From the NCBI RefSeq assembly GCF_009914755.1, contig NC_060947.1: a stretch of DNA of 64,000 nt; one strand, given 5' to 3'. This document shows, one piece after another, positions 13,001 through 29,612 of this stretch. Each line of letters begins with the position of its first letter. Position 1 is the first letter of the stretch. Both the position numbers and the translations under genes were made by a program. Origin of the DNA: the human T2T-CHM13v2.0 reference genome, Homo sapiens. The notes below the pieces were generated by a model, which was not told the DNA's origin, did not search any database, and worked only from the letters and a program-made list of their open reading frames with translations.

Positions 13001-15784
13001 TCATATACATCCCCTACTCATTCTGAGTGTTGTCTCGGGCATAATTTTACTTATTAAAGCAAATTTCAAACAATGAGGTTCTGAAAAGTTTGTGACACCT
13101 TGGGTAACTGGTATCCAATGGCAGAATTGAGTATCATCATTCTAAGCTAAAATGTTCAGAAACATTTGTACTCAATGTCACTTTAGCATGTTTCATTTTA
13201 TATCTAACCATACCAATTAACATCACTTAACATCATTCAAAGTATAAAGGTCCAAACATTCTAATCAGATGATGAGGGAAATTAGTGAATCCCTATCCTT
13301 GAGGAGCTTTAAGAACAGGAACATGGGTTTTCAAGGTGGCTGACTAGGGACATCAAATGCCAGTTGTCCTCATAAAAAAGATCAAAGTTACTGGTGAATG
13401 GACATCTTCTGAACTGAAAACTGTGGGAAGAGAGCCAGGACCTGTTGGAGAGCCCACAAGAGAAAGCTGGGATACAGAAAAGGGAAGAAGCGAGAGTCTG
13501 GCAGAGACTGTCCCTTAAGGAACTCAAAGCCCCATGTAAAGGGTAGGTGGAAATGCTTCTCTGCTTCCCTCACCTTGTGGCAATCTCCTGATCATCAAAC
13601 TGCTGGGGAACCCCTCTGCCCTCCTTACCTAGGGCAATGCCATCAGTGGCGATATAGGAGCTTCCCAGGGACAGAGATCCAGGTGGCCAGCTCATGCAGG
13701 CATGTCAGTACTCCCCTCAGACCCAAACTTAGAGGGCAGGAACCACTGTGTTTGTGCTGCTGTAGTGGGCCAATGCCCTACCTAGGGGAATCTCTGCCCT
13801 TGAGTTATCATACCATCAGATTCCCTGCAAATATACTCCAACCCGCTCTGACTTTGGCAAGCTCATGGGGATCAGTGAGTCCCCAGGGAGCTATGGGATC
13901 CCTGGAGATCTATCCCTCGGCATGGACTGCCCCTAAGGGGGAGGTAAGCACAGCCTGCTAAGGGCCCTCCTGGGACAAAAGAAATGTGGGCACAGTGACA
14001 ATCACTGAAGGGGGTAGCACTGAGGGCCAGGAACAGTCATGGAGAGGGGTCATTTCCCACTGTGTCCACCCCCTGTACACTGTTGTTGATGCAGCCAGCA
14101 GCAGTTCTTCCCAGTGGATGGTAGCGCATATGTACCTGGAGAAACTTTTCACCTTTTTCGCAGTGGCTCTACCCCTGCTGAAAACGAGCTCAGGCCAATT
14201 GGGCTTTCACAAAGGGTGGGGCCCAACTCCAACTCCCTACACAGAGCAGCAGCATCCCAGCAACAGACAGGTAAGCTGCAGAGTTGTCTGCTCTGAACTT
14301 GGGGGAAAGGCTCGGCCAAAGCCCATTTTGGTGGCAACCATCAGAGAGATGTATCCATGGTCTGCAGCCACAATGTAACCAGGAACCAAAGGATAAAGTC
14401 TATACAAACTGAAGATTGTGAGCCCTACGACAGGGGCATAATGGAGAAGCGGATCATCTTCCTACCTGCACAGGATGAGGAGCTGGTGCACCCCTCCTTG
14501 TTCCTTTCCCCAAGACCCAGCATACCCCAACCTGATCTCCAACCCCTGCCACCATCCTTCCCTCAGGGTAGGTGCTTCCACTCATCATCTCCCAGAGGGA
14601 GAACTGACTCTTACTCTTAAACTCCATCTACCAGACTGAAGCCTGAACTGCACCACCAAATAAATAACTTGCTGCCAGAAGGGCTTAGTGCTAGTACACA
14701 TGCTAAGCTTTCTGACACCTCCACACCCTTAGCCCTGCGGGAGGCAGTGTGTCAGCCCTTGCATCCAATACATCACTACAGCAAACAGCATCTGAGAAAG
14801 CCACTGCACTGAAGCTATCCACAACCAAGGAAACCATATAGAGCCTTGCCCCGTCGAAAGCACCCAGAAACAAAGCCAAACAATCATACACAACATATAC
14901 CACAGTCATATCCTCAAGGGAAAAAAGAATTAAAAAATAAAAAATGTCTCATCCAAACTACAGCAAATTCAAAAATAAGAAGCAACAGATCCCTCAGATG
15001 AGAAGGAATCAGTGTAAGAACTCTGGCGGTACAAAAAGCTGGGGTGTCTTGACACACACAAAGGATTGTACTACCTCTGTAATAATACAGGCTAACCAGA
15101 ATGAAAAGTCTGAAATGACAGATAAGGAATTCAAAATATGGATTGCAAGGCAACTCAACGAGATCCAAGAGAAAGTTGAAACTCAACACAAAGAAACCAG
15201 AAAAATGATTCAGGATATGAAAGATAAGGATAGCTATAATAAAACAAACCAATTAGAACACCTGGAATTGAAAAATTCACTACAGCAATTTCAAAATACA
15301 GCTGGAAGCTGTAACAATAGACTAGACCAAGCAGAAGAAAGAATTGCAGAGCTTGAAGAACAGTCTTTCAAATTAATCCAGTCAGATAAAAAAAAAAAAA
15401 TTTCAACATGAGCAAAGTCTTTGAGAAATATGGGATTATGTAAAGCAACAAAATCTGTAACTTCTTGGCATTTCTGAGAGAAAAGAAGAAAAAAAGGCAA
15501 CATGTAAAATATATTTGGGGAATAATTCAGGAAAATTTCTTGAACCTTGCTAGAGGTCAACATCCAGATACAAGAAATTCAGAGAACAACTGTGATATGC
15601 TACACAAGATGACCATCACCAAGGCATATAGTCATCAGACTACCCAAGGTTAACAAGAAAAAAAAAATCTTAAAGGCAGCTAGATAAAAAGGACAAATTA
15701 CCTATAAATGAAATCCCATCAGACTAATAGTGAATTTCTCAGCAGAAATCTTAGAAGCCAGAAGATTGGGGATGTAGTTTGGCC

Positions 15785-16071
15785 TTTTTTTTTTTAAGAG
15801 AGAAAAATCTCAATCTGTCACCTAAAGTGTAGCAGTGGTGCAGTCATGGCTCACTGTAACTTCTGGGCTCAAGCAATCCTCCCACCTCAGCCTCCCAAGC
15901 AGCTGAGACTACAAGCACGTGTCACCATGCTTACTTATCTAAAAAAAATTTCTGTAGAGATGGAGTCTCGCTATGCTGCCCAGGCTGGCTGTGAGCTCCC
16001 AGGCTCAAGTGTTCCTCCCACCTCAACCTTTCAAAGCACTGGATTACAGGTATAAGCCACCATACCTGGCC
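15785..16071 (-). mobile_element. AluJ-like, inserted in the L1
   Basis: Poly-T then reverse Alu body ending catacctggcc. Confidence 0.85.
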
Positions 16072-16461
16072 TTTAGACTTCCTAAAGAAAAACAACTGCA
16101 GCCAATAATTCTATATCCTGCTAAACTAAGCTTCTTAAATTAAGGAAAAATAAAGTTTTTCCCAGACAAGCAAATGCTATGGGAATCTGTCACCACCAAA
16201 CCTATCCTATAAGAAATGCTTAAAGGAGCTCTAAACACAGAAACAAACGGATGATATTTGCTACTATAAAAGCATATGTTAGTAGAAAGTTAACAGATCC
16301 TATAAAGCAATTATATACTTGAGACTACCAAAACAACTAGCTAACAACACTAAGGCAGGAACAAAACCTCACATATCAATATTAACCTTGAATGTAAATG
16401 GCCTAAATGCTCCACTTAAAAGACATAGATTGCCGCAATGAATACAAAAATACCATCTGTT

Positions 16462-16749
16462 AGACAGGGCGTGGTGGCTCACACCTGTAATCCTAGCACT
16501 TAAGGAAGCTGAGGCAGGAGGATCACCTGACGTCATGAGTTCGAGACCAGCCTGGCCAACATGGTGAAACCCCGTCTCTACTAAAACTACAAAAATTAGC
16601 TGAGTGTGGTGGCAGGCAACCCGTAGTCCCAGCTACTCAGGAGGCTGAGGCAGGAGAATGGTTTGAACCCAGGAGGCGAAGTTGCAGTGAGCCAGGATTG
16701 CGCCGCTGCACTCTAGCCTGGGCAACAGAGTGAGACTCTGTCTCAAAAA
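16462..16749 (+). mobile_element. AluS-like, inserted in the L1
   Basis: gggcgtggtggctcacacctgtaatcc...gagactctgtctcaaaaa. Confidence 0.9.
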
Positions 16750-19347
16750 CTTCAACAGACCCATCTCAGGCGTAATGATGACCACAAGCTAAATCTAAAG
16801 GGATGGAGAAAGATCTATCATGCAAATAGAAGACAAAAAGGAGCAGGGTTTGATCTTCCTATATCAGATAAAACAGGCTTTAAACCAACAACAGTAAATA
16901 AAAAGACAAAGCGGGAATTACATAATGAAAAGGGATTCAATTCAACAAGATTTAACTAGCCTAAATATATACAGACCCAACATCAGAGTGCCCAGATTGA
17001 TAAAACAATCATCCCTAGACCTAAGGAAAGAGACAGAGAGCCATACAATATTGGGGGATTTTAAGACCCCAATGATAGCACAAGACAGATTATCGAGGCA
17101 GAAAACTAACAAAGAAACTCTGGACTTAAATTGGACTCTTGACCAAATGGACCTAATAGACATTTACAAAACACTCTACTCAACAACTGCGGAACATACA
17201 TTTTTCTCATCTGTGCATGAACATTCTCTAAAATTGATCACATGCTTGGTCATAAAGCAAGTCTCCTGAAATTCAAAACTCAAAATCATACAGAAGCATC
17301 TTCTCAGAACAGAGTGAAATAAAATTAGAAATCAATACCAAGGGGAACTCTCAAGACCACATCAGTACATATAAACTGAACAACTTGCTCCTGAATAACT
17401 TTTGAGTAAACAATGAAATTAAGGCAGAAACCAAAAAACAATTTTGAAACCAAAGAAAATAGAGACACAATATACCAAAAATTATGGGATATGTCAAAAA
17501 GCAGTGTTAAGAGGAAAGTTTATAGCACTAATTGCCTACATCAAAAAGGCAGAAAAATCTCAAATGAACAACCTAATGTCACACCTAAAGGAACTAGAAA
17601 AACAAAAACAAACCAGACCCAAAGCTAACAGAGGAGTAACAAAGATTGTAGCAGAACTAAAGTAAATTGAGACCAAAAAAATCATACAAAGGATCAATGA
17701 AACAAAAATGAAAAACAAACAGACCAGTAGCTAAATTAACAAAGAAAAAGAGAGGATTAAAATAAGCACAATCAGAAATGACAAAGGTGACATCACAACT
17801 GATACCACAGAAATACAAAAGATCCTCAGAGACTATTATGAACATATCTACGAGCACAAACTGGAAAACACAAACAAAATGGATAAATTCCTGGAAACAT
17901 ACAACCTCCCAACATTGAACCAGAAGGAAAAAGAAACCCTAAACAAGCTATGAAACTGAATCAGTAATAACGAATCTACTAATCAAAAAAACCCAGGACC
18001 AGAGAGATTAACAGCAGAATTCTATCAGATGTATATAAAGAAGAGTTGGTACCAATCTTATTAAAACTACTCCAAGAAAAATCAGTGAGGTGAGATTCCT
18101 CCATAACTCATTCTACAAAACTAGTATCATCCTAAAATAAAAATTTGGCAAGGACACAATAAAAAAAGAAAACTATAGGCCATTATTCATGATGAACATA
18201 GATGTAAAAATCCTCAACAAAATACTAGCAAACTGAAACCAGCAGCACATCAGAAAGATAACTCATCATGATCAAACGGGTTTTATTCCTGGGATGCAAG
18301 GACGGCTTAACATATGCAAATCAATAAATGTAATTCACCACGTACGTAAAATTAAAACAAAAATTATATGATCATCCCAATAGATGCAGAAAAAATATTC
18401 AATAAAATTTGACATACCTTGATGATAAAAAAAAAAAACCCTGAGAACAAACTAGGCATCAAAGAAACATACCTCAAAATAATAAGAACCCTACATGCAA
18501 ACCCACAGCCAACACCATACTCAATGTGCAAAAGTTGAATGCATTTCCCCTAAAAACTGGAACAAGACAGGGATATCCACTCTTACCACTCCTATTTAAC
18601 AGAGTACTGGAAGTCCTAGCCAGAGCAATCAGGCAAGATTGCTGGAATACTACGCAGCCATAAGAAAAGTAAAATCGTGTCCTTTGCAGTAACATGGATG
18701 CAGCTGGAGGCCACTATCCTAAGTGAAATAACTCAGAGGCAGAAAATCAAATACCACATGTTCTTACTTATAAGTGGGAGCTAATAAATAAGTACACATG
18801 GACATAAAAATGGAAATAACAGACAATGGGGACTCCAAAAGGGGGAAGACGGGAGGGGAGTGAGGGTTGAAAAACCACCCATTGAGTATTATGTTAATAT
18901 CTTAGGTGATGGGATCAATGGAAGCCCAAACCCCAGCATTACACAATATAACCACATAACGAACCTGCACATGTACTACCTGAATGTATAACCCCGACCC
19001 ACCCTCCAAAAAAAGAGGAACGCCAATCATCCTGAATGTGAATTTAATTATAATTCTTAAAGACGACAAGAGAAAAACGATACTTTCCTCTGGGTTTCTT
19101 TTGGCCACAGAATAACAATGAAATTAGACTAAAGGAATTTCATTAGAGTTTCAATACCTTTTAACGTGACTAAACATATGTTTGTAACTTTTTAATTCTC
19201 ATAATTTTCATATATAATATTTAGAAAATTCTAAAAATATTAAGAATTTAAAACTTATTATTTCAAGCAGATCAATGGCAGTGTCCTGCAATCAAGTCTG
19301 AAAAAGGTCAGCCTGTAAGTTAAAAGCATATTATTTTAAAGTATGCA

Positions 19348-19675
19348 GGCCAGGCACGGCGGCTCATGCCTGTAATCCCAACACTTTCGGAGGTCAAGAC
19401 AGAAGCTTATTTGAGGCCAGCAGTTCAAGACCAGCCTGGCCAACATGGCGAAACCCCGCCTCTACTAAAAATATGCAAATTAGCTGGGTGTGGTGGCATA
19501 TGCCTGTAATTCCAGCTAGCTACCCCGGTGGCTGAGGTGTGAGAATCACTTGAACCCAGAAGGCAGAGGTTGCAGTGAGCCGAGATTGTGCCACTGCACT
19601 CCAGCCTGGGCGACAGAGCAAGACTCTGTCTCAAAAATAAATAAATAAATAAAAATAAAAATAAAATAAAATAAA
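19348..19675 (+). mobile_element. Alu (S-like)
   Basis: Dimeric Alu with (AAAT)n tail; TSD taaagtatgca/taaagcatgca. Confidence 0.92.
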
Positions 19676-19960
19676 GCATGCAAAAACATACTCTGGTCTG
19701 TTGAACCAGGTTAGATTAAGCTCTCATGTTGTTCACTCTACCTTAAATTTCCTTTCAGCTCACCTATCTCTGAAAATCTTACCCCTTTGTCTAGGCACCA
19801 GCTCAAACAATGGCTGTAGTACCCTTCCCTAAACATGTCAAGACTATTTGATAATATGTGCATAAATATATGGATAGCTTAGTAAATATTCAAAAGACCT
19901 GAGTGAAAACTGATTCATTCTTCTAGGTTACATGAATTTACCTTAAAAATCATTCCTACT

Positions 19961-20277
<317 letters not shown>

Positions 20278-20461
20278 ATCATTCCTACTAACAGCTCAAA
20301 ATCTGGTGTAATTTTTCATACTTGCTATAATAAATAAATCTTTAAGTCCACTTAAACAATAAAACTAAAGATTTCAAACTTCGAGATTAAATTACTAATC
20401 TGGGGCAGATCACACCCAAAACACTGGTCATTAAAATAATAAGAGTATCATTTTCTAGTTA

Positions 20462-20644
<183 letters not shown>

Positions 20645-21052
20645 CTAGGAGTAAAGTAGGAGATCTGTAGTTATTCTAATAATAGTTGGAAAAAAAAAAA
20701 AACACACTCTGTAAATACTCTTGCTTTAGCCATATGGACAAGAGAAATTCTGACACATATTTAGTCTGAAAAAATGAAGAAATTACAACTGAAAAGGTAA
20801 CATTCAATTAGGTTCAGAAAAAGGAAGTAACAGTTCTTTTAACAAAGGTTGTTGAAAAGTCTTTTAAGGCTGCAAATTCTGACCTGAAACTTGCTCCAGG
20901 AAAATGTTTTATATTAAGATAAAAAAAAGTAATATTATCAAATCCCCAAATACAAAACATAGACCACAAAAATAAGCTAAAATGTATTTAAACTGTCATT
21001 TAAACAGAAATCCAATAAACATAGTCATTTTCAACATTTCTCTGCTTACTTA

Positions 21053-21238
<186 letters not shown>

Positions 21239-21507
21239 TTAGTAAGAGTAACTTTTAAAGCGGTCTCTCTCACCCAAGTGTTGTATATTCTGAGCACACC
21301 TTGCAATACTCACCTAAATGGAATGAGAAATCTTGGCCTTCAGTCTGTCAGAAAGGCATGTACCACCTCTTCAAGGTCATTATGAACACAATTAATAAGC
21401 CAGAGTTTACAATAGGCACCTCTGTTAAAATATACTTCCTCCCACCAATTCATGGAGGGCTGGGCTTGTGTCAAGGAGCTGCATCTGAATTTCTTCTGAA
21501 AATGTAT

Positions 21508-21796
21508 GCCAGGTGCAGTGGCTCATGCCTGTAATCCCAGCATTGTGGGAGGCTGAAGTGGGAGGATCACTTAAGCTCAGGAGTTCAAGACCAGCCTGGG
21601 CAACACAGGGAGACCCTGACTCTACTAAAAATTAAAAAATTAGCCAGGCATGGTGGTACACACCTATAGACCCAACTACGCTGGATGCTGAGGTGGAAGG
21701 ATTGCTTGAGCCCAGGATGTCAAGGCTGCAGTGAGCTATAATCTTGCCACTCCAGCCTAGATGACAGAGTAATACCGTGTCTTAAAAAAAAAAAAA
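21508..21796 (+). mobile_element. AluJ-like
   Basis: Dimeric Alu with gaggtggaaggattgcttgagcccagg and A tail. Confidence 0.88.
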
Positions 21797-23106
21797 TGCA
21801 GTGAAGCCATGGCCTAGAGCACACATATGGCATCTACAGATGTCAAGAAGAAAGCTCAAGCTCAAACAAGCTGAAATAATTTTGAATAAACTATATTAAC
21901 TAGCTTCTAAAACAATGGCTTGATAGTTTTTACTGATGAGAATAGCTTTGTAGAATGCTGGTATAATTGCAGCTTTAGATCACTTCACACACCCAGGAAA
22001 TATTCACAGTTGTGCACTAAGACAGACACTTTATCCTTATAAGGGAAACAACCGAGGTCAACAAATTAAAAAGTGTAGCTCTGAGGTCAATGACCTTTGT
22101 AGACCAGTTCCACAGACATTTCACCATTTGCTGTAGAACATGTGGACATGCACACATAAGAATAGCAAGTATTTGAAATGTTGTGTTTTTTTTTTCATTT
22201 ATTCTTACACATCCAAAGTGTATTTTAAAATTCACAAAACAAACTCCATGGTCACTTATTAAAATCAATTTCATGACTTTGCAATCACACCACAAAGTAT
22301 GAATTAAGTGGGATATGTTCCCCCAAGGATCTGTCTGTATCCTCCCATTCTGACATTAAGGAATTTAGAAAATTTAATAGTAAAACGTAAATTACTGGGA
22401 AATAAATCAAAAATTTTTAGAAAACAAACCACCTCGGCACACCACACACACACGTATCTGAGAGCCTTCGAATAAAGCAGGATTGCTCGCCCATGGGTCT
22501 TGCAGAATCTGAGCAGAAGGCAAACCACCATGGTGCCTCCAAAGACATGAGGGAGCCCAGGATTACAGTACCAGTTCCCCTGCAAAGGGCAAGCTTTACT
22601 CTGCTCAACAAAGAACCTGAGCTCTGGAGTGAAACTGCAATGCCATTTCCCAGAAACCAGGCCCTTAGTCCTCTCTACCTCACCTGTTTCCAGGGAGTGT
22701 CAAGCAGTAGGGGAACCAGGAAGGTCAGTGAGGGATAACAAGCAACTCCCTATACTCAAGGATTCTGCTGCTAGTAATCCCAAACCATCCAACTATGCTG
22801 GGTGGCTGCATGTAAACATTACTGGTAGACTGGTCAGTACCCTGAACCATATAAAAGTCATCCTTTCAGTTCCTGTTCGAACACCCAAGGCAGAGGGATA
22901 TGGTTCTGCTACCAAGAAAAGGCACACCCTGTCATAACAAGGGTTCTGTCACTAACAATTTGGTAAACAGAACATCTGTGCTTAAAAAAATACATGAAAG
23001 CATATGCAAAAGCTACTGCTTTGCATGACTTTCACTAATCCTACACTACTACATGAAATGATTCTCTTTCCTGAAAGAGTGAATCAACCAATAAGCCTAC
23101 AAATCA

Positions 23107-23217
<111 letters not shown>

Positions 23218-23544
23218 TTAAGAGAAATGAGCAAAGTAAAAAACCTAGAATATACTGAGAAAAATAAAGCACAACAGAAATATGTTAAGATATTTAAACA
23301 TCTTAAATCAACAGATAGCACTGGTTGTGTGCACAACTGGTACTTTCCTTTGTCTCAGAATTTCTCTGAACATAGAACATGCTGTCAGAGGACACCAGTG
23401 TTAGTTAAGGGGTATTTATAGCCCCTCAGTATATTACTTAAAATGGTAAGGAGAATGACCACATAAAAATGGAAGATAAAGAGCTGTCCCACCAAGCCAT
23501 ATTTGGAGGGGTCTAGAAACAGTCCCACTCTGCCAATTATTTTA

Positions 23545-24075
23545 GCAGCATTTATGTATGGAGTGCCAGGCACAGTGCTAGGTGCTGGGGAATAGAGGTG
23601 AATCTGCCTGAGTCCCTTCCCTTATGCGGGTCACCATATGATAAGGGAGACAGAGCATAATGAGATAACTACCCTTCTAGTTTCTCAAATACTGTAATAA
23701 AGGCACTTACAGGGAAGATATAAGAACACAGAAGGAAGTCATCTGAAAGGAGGTTTCCTGGAAGAGGACATGCCTGAGCTGGGTTCTGCAAGGGTAATAT
23801 GATGAAGAAAGGGGGCCATGGCATTCTGAGTAGAGGGAATGAGCACGGCAGCATGAGAGCACATGGCCCATGGAAGACTTTAAGTAGTTCACCAATGCCC
23901 AAAAAACTCATCAATAGGGGAATAGTAAGAGATAAAGCAAGAAAGGTAAGCAGGGGCTGGAAACACATCTTTGTGAGCCATTTCTGGAATTTGGGATTGT
24001 ATTGTAAGAGCAAAAGAAAGCCAATAAAAGGGTTTAAACAGTGGAATGACATGATGAGACTGGTCAAATGTGTGT
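23545..24075 (+). mobile_element. L2 fragment
   Basis: gtgccaggcacagtgctaggtgctgggga...ggtttaaacagtggaatgacatgat. Confidence 0.6.
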
Positions 24076-25097
24076 GTGGATGGCTGAACTAATCAATGGA
24101 GAGACACAGAAGAGTTAAAATAAGAGTTGGTTATTAGAAAAAGTGAGAGGAAATATTTCCTTGAAAATAAACAACTAGTATTTTTTAAAAAAAGTATTTA
24201 CTACATAGCTTGTTTTGGTGGGAGTGAGGGGGTCATTAGTCTTGCGGGAGTATATGTATAAGACATCTAACATGGCATCTGGTTTGCTGTTGGCCAGATG
24301 TGGGCACTGTTGCAGATGGGCTAGAATCTAAACTCTGACAATGACCCTGGGTCCCTGTCAGTCAGACCAAGAACCTTCCTCTGGGCTTCTATGAATCTCT
24401 CTCCAAAAGTACCTGTACCCAAGCATTACCCAAGTACCTGTAAACATATTACAGGTTTCTGAGATGGGTCTCAGGAGATCCTAGGGGCCAGAATGAAAGT
24501 CAGATAACATAATTATATTTCAAGTTCAGATGAGGAAATTCAAATTAATCACAGAGCCTAATTAAAATCCACCATTAAGATAAGGTGGCTTTGTTCATTA
24601 GGGTCTTTGTGGCAAAAGAGGAAATGTGAAGACACTGGAGCATCAGAGTACTTGCCCCGAGGCTCACACCTGAACATTCCGAACCAAACAAGGCTTCTGG
24701 TTTACAGCAAAGCTGCCTTTATTGCCTGGGCTTGCAATCCCAGAGTGATTGCTTGGACACTAGATAGCAGAAGGTTTCACATATATTCACTGATTTTTCC
24801 TGTAGCATGTGTTAGAGACCTGAAATGGCATCTAAATTTGAGAAACATTCCAGGCAAACTCTCATTCTGGCTACTGGACCCAGATGTGAACCAGATTGGA
24901 ATTTCCACCTCAAACTCCAGTTTCTGCAATTCTATGTAACATGGCTTCTACCCCAACTATATTTACATAAAACTCTGAACTGGGAGAGCAGGGTCCTGTA
25001 TTTTTAGTGGCATCATTTCCTTTGCTGCCCTGCCTGAATCCACTTAAATTTGACTATGGGGTTAAGAAATGACAAACATCAAACACAGAGCTACTTA

Positions 25098-25596
<499 letters not shown>

Positions 25597-26116
25597 TAAC
25601 TGTACTTTCTTTTCCTGGATAAGTTGATAACAGAGAAAGTCAATGCCCAGCCACAATTATTGTAACCAAGGGAGAGACAATTTGGGTTTCTGATTCTACG
25701 GCTAACACACTGGGTGACCTTTGAGCCACTTAATTATCTTGAACCTCATGGGTAAAACTGGACTTTCGGTTCTCAAATGATGTCAAAATTGCTGGGAGCA
25801 CCTCAGAAATAACATGTGTTGTACAAAAAGTGGCCACTGTTATGTTATTTGCAAAACATAGTATGAACATTCAGACTTCTGGCTGGCATGCATAAATAGT
25901 AAGGCAAGTAATACCTACCTGTAACTATTTTCTTTTTAGTCTTAACTGGTTAGGTGTGGGAATTTTCCACAAATTTTTGGCTAAAGCAGTTGTGTTTTTT
26001 ATTAAATAATAGGAGATGTATGTGCTAAGGTCACTGAAGCAAACGGAAAAAAACAAATAACTTCTGTCCTCCTGTGATTTCACTTTCTTAGGAGAAGTAT
26101 AAGAAAGTATACTTTA

Positions 26117-26323
<207 letters not shown>

Positions 26324-26846
26324 CTAGGCAGTGAACGGAGAAAATATATTAATGTGAGAGAATGTTGTAACTTCTAACAAACTTAGTAGCAGATACGTAT
26401 AAATTCTTAACACTCAAATCTGCTATATATTCTCCTAGTACCTAATAAGAGTTCCTGGTTCTCAGCTAGCATACCCTATAGGCTGTGTTAACTCATTAAG
26501 GTTATTGTGGCACCACCTAAGCCAAAGCAGTGACTTCTTCATGGCCTAAAAAACTTCATTCAGTATCTAATTCACAATCTAGCAATAGCTCAAGTGTAGG
26601 GAGACTCTGGTTAATTTAATGCCTAGACACTCCTGAGACTTTAATCATTTGAACAGACATCATTCTTGGAGGAGCTTACATTTTAAAAGACAAAGCACAA
26701 AAAATTATGATCATACAGACAAGCAAGCTTTTACCCAAATGTCATTTCCCACAATTCTCTTTACTTGTAAATTCTACTCATTTACAAATTTCAGAAGTGT
26801 CAGTAAAACAAGAAAGGTGAATCCAACAATAGTTATTCTAAAGTCA

Positions 26847-27160
<314 letters not shown>

Positions 27161-27228
27161 TCATGTGTCCACCTAAAAATTATTTTCTACTATGGAATGT
27201 TAACATGCATACACAGATTGGTTTCTTA

Positions 27229-27414
<186 letters not shown>

Positions 27415-27673
27415 CTAAAACAAGGACACAAACATATATTGTTAGTTTCTTCAGTGTGACTAATTTTTAGTTTGCTGTAACGCAAAGCTATTTTCATATC
27501 CATAGGAAATCACCCCTTCTAAGACTTCTTGTCAAATGTCAGGGAATTACAGAGACAATATTACCAAAGAAATGAGGAATAAATGAGTATTTTTAAAGAC
27601 ACCAAAATGCTATCACATGTCTAAGGTAGATCTACTCAAATGTAAAAGATGAATAGAAAAAAATGTGACTATT

Positions 27674-27972
27674 GGCCAGGCACGGTGGCTTATGCCTGTA
27701 GTCCCAGCACTTTGGGAGGCTGAGGCAGGAGGATTGCTTGAGCTCAGGAGTTCAAGACCAGCCTGGCCAACATGGTGAAACCCCGTCTCTACTAGAAATA
27801 CAAAAATTAGCTGGGTGTGGTGGCACACACCTGAAATCCCAGCTACTTGGGAGGCTGAGGCACAAGAATTGCTTGAATCCAGGAGACAAAGGTTGCAGTG
27901 AGCTGAGATCACATCACTATACTCCAACCTGGGTGATAGAGTGAGACTCTGTCTCAGGAAAAAAAAAAAAAA
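27674..27972 (+). mobile_element. Alu
   Basis: Dimeric Alu; TSD ending gtgactatt on both sides. Confidence 0.92.
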
Positions 27973-28017
27973 GTGACTATTTTATCAAACTAAGAACGCT
28001 TCTCATTTAAGTTAACC

Positions 28018-28294
28018 TTTTTTAAGATAGGGTCTCACTCTGTCACTCAGGCTGGAATGCAGTAGCCATTATAGCTCACTATAACCTCAAACTTCTTGGC
28101 TCAAGCAATCCTCCCACCTCAGCCTCCCAAGTAGCTGGGACCACAGGCACGCACCACCACACCAGGCTAATTATTCTGTAATTTTTGTAGAGACAGCATC
28201 TCACTATGTTGCCCAGGCTGGTCCCATACTCCTGGGCTCAAGCCTTGGCCTCCCAAAGTGTTGGGATTATAGGCATGAGCCACCATGCCCAGCC
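28018..28294 (-). mobile_element. AluJ-like
   Basis: Reverse Alu; TSD agttaacct on both sides. Confidence 0.88.
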
Positions 28295-28372
28295 AGTTAA
28301 CCTGTTTGATGTAAAGAAGTTACATAAGTCAATTTTTCAAGTGGGAAGTAAGACTATACTGACCACTTATTT

Positions 28373-28388
28373 CTCTCTCTCTCTCTCA

Positions 28389-28428
<40 letters not shown>
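28373..28428. repeat. Compound (CT)n(CA)n microsatellite
   Basis: ctctctctctctctcactcacacaca... Confidence 0.95.
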
Positions 28429-28430
<2 letters not shown>

Positions 28431-29424
28431 TACACTTTGTGGGCTAGTACGTACATTACCCATTAAAAATTTTTTCCCAATAAATTAAATGGGATGTAAC
28501 AAAATAAAACAGAAACTGATGAAGGTTTTTTTCCCCTTTTAAAAGTAAAATTTTCTATAAAAATACTGAATTAAAATAAAATGCACCACATCATATAATA
28601 TACATAAGAATTAATAACAACATTAACAGTTACCTAATTGGAAGATACAGTATAGGTCAGTAGTGATCAAAACCATAACTGAAATTTCTTTCTTTTTACT
28701 ATACATATTTTGAAAATACTCAAGTTTCCAAATTTAGAAAAAAAGCAGATAAAGTATAACACAAGTATATTTTCATAAATAATGGAAAATATAAGCCAAG
28801 AAATAAATTTGTCACTAAGATAAATCATTTTGAGCATTTCTATTTTATCTCGGTTTTTATCTCTTCTATTTTTAACATCTGGCTTTTGGAAACCCACAAT
28901 TTTATCCTCGTTTTGGCAATTTATGCTTAAATAGTTAAAATTATGGGCTGATAGGAACAAGCATAAGGACAAGATTAAGGTTTTTATTATGTAAGGGAGA
29001 AAGAGATGAACTACAGCAGTAGTTGCTTTCTAATTATTTTTCAAAGCTTTTCACGGTAGCAGCACTGGCACAAATATAGCATTCCAATCTTTTTTTTTTT
29101 CTGTTAAGCCAGCCAAGTTTGAACTCTCTCTTTAAATTAATCCAAGTGGTATTACTTGTGTATCATTTAGATTCTTCCAGTTTAAATGAAATTCTTTGGG
29201 GCTTTTTTCTGATCAAAATTATTAACCTTCATTTTTCCCTGAAGGGTGTCCTGGATTATTTCATCTCCTGCACTTGGATGAGCATTAGAATCTCTTTTGT
29301 TAGTGTCAAAGATGGTAGCTTTAAAATATAAAGTACAATTTATTCACCTATTTCAAACAGTTTGGGCAGTATGAATCTGGATACGTTGAATCTCACAGGT
29401 ATATGCCTATAAATTATACCCAAA

Positions 29425-29612
29425 TGCAGTAATTATCAAACTGTAGAATGCATCACATGTACTTGGAGGTCTTGTTAAAACTCAGATCACTGCTCTATCA
29501 CCAGAGTTTCTGAATCAGTCGGTCAGAGGTAGGACCAAATAATTTACACTTCTAAGTTCTCAGGTAGTGTTGATGCTGCTGGTCCTAGGATCATATTTAC
29601 AGAACCACCGCC
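29425..29612. mobile_element. MER5A-type MITE
   Basis: aatgcatca...ttgttaaaactcagat...ccagagtttctgaatcagt...gctgctggtcc...agaaccac. Confidence 0.65.

Larger units (their letters stand above)
13330..19012 (+). mobile_element. Near-full-length old primate L1 (L1PA16/17 to L1PB age) with 5'UTR, decayed ORF1 and ORF2, and an internal deletion
   Basis: ORF1 remnant (EMTDKEFKIWIARQLNEIQEKVE; 14944-15411); endonuclease remnant (LNIYRPN, ILGDFKTP; 16925-17269); RT N-terminal part to 18638; L1 3'UTR 18643-19012; many stops and frameshifts. Confidence 0.88.

Noticed and set aside
14944-17665. ORFs resembling L1 ORF1p and the ORF2 endonuclease
   Set aside because: Interrupted by stops, frameshifts and Alus, and the RT core is deleted, so the element is inactive
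13310-19025. Possible TSD for the long L1 (aagaacaggaac versus aaaagaggaac)
   Set aside because: Match too short and degenerate to support
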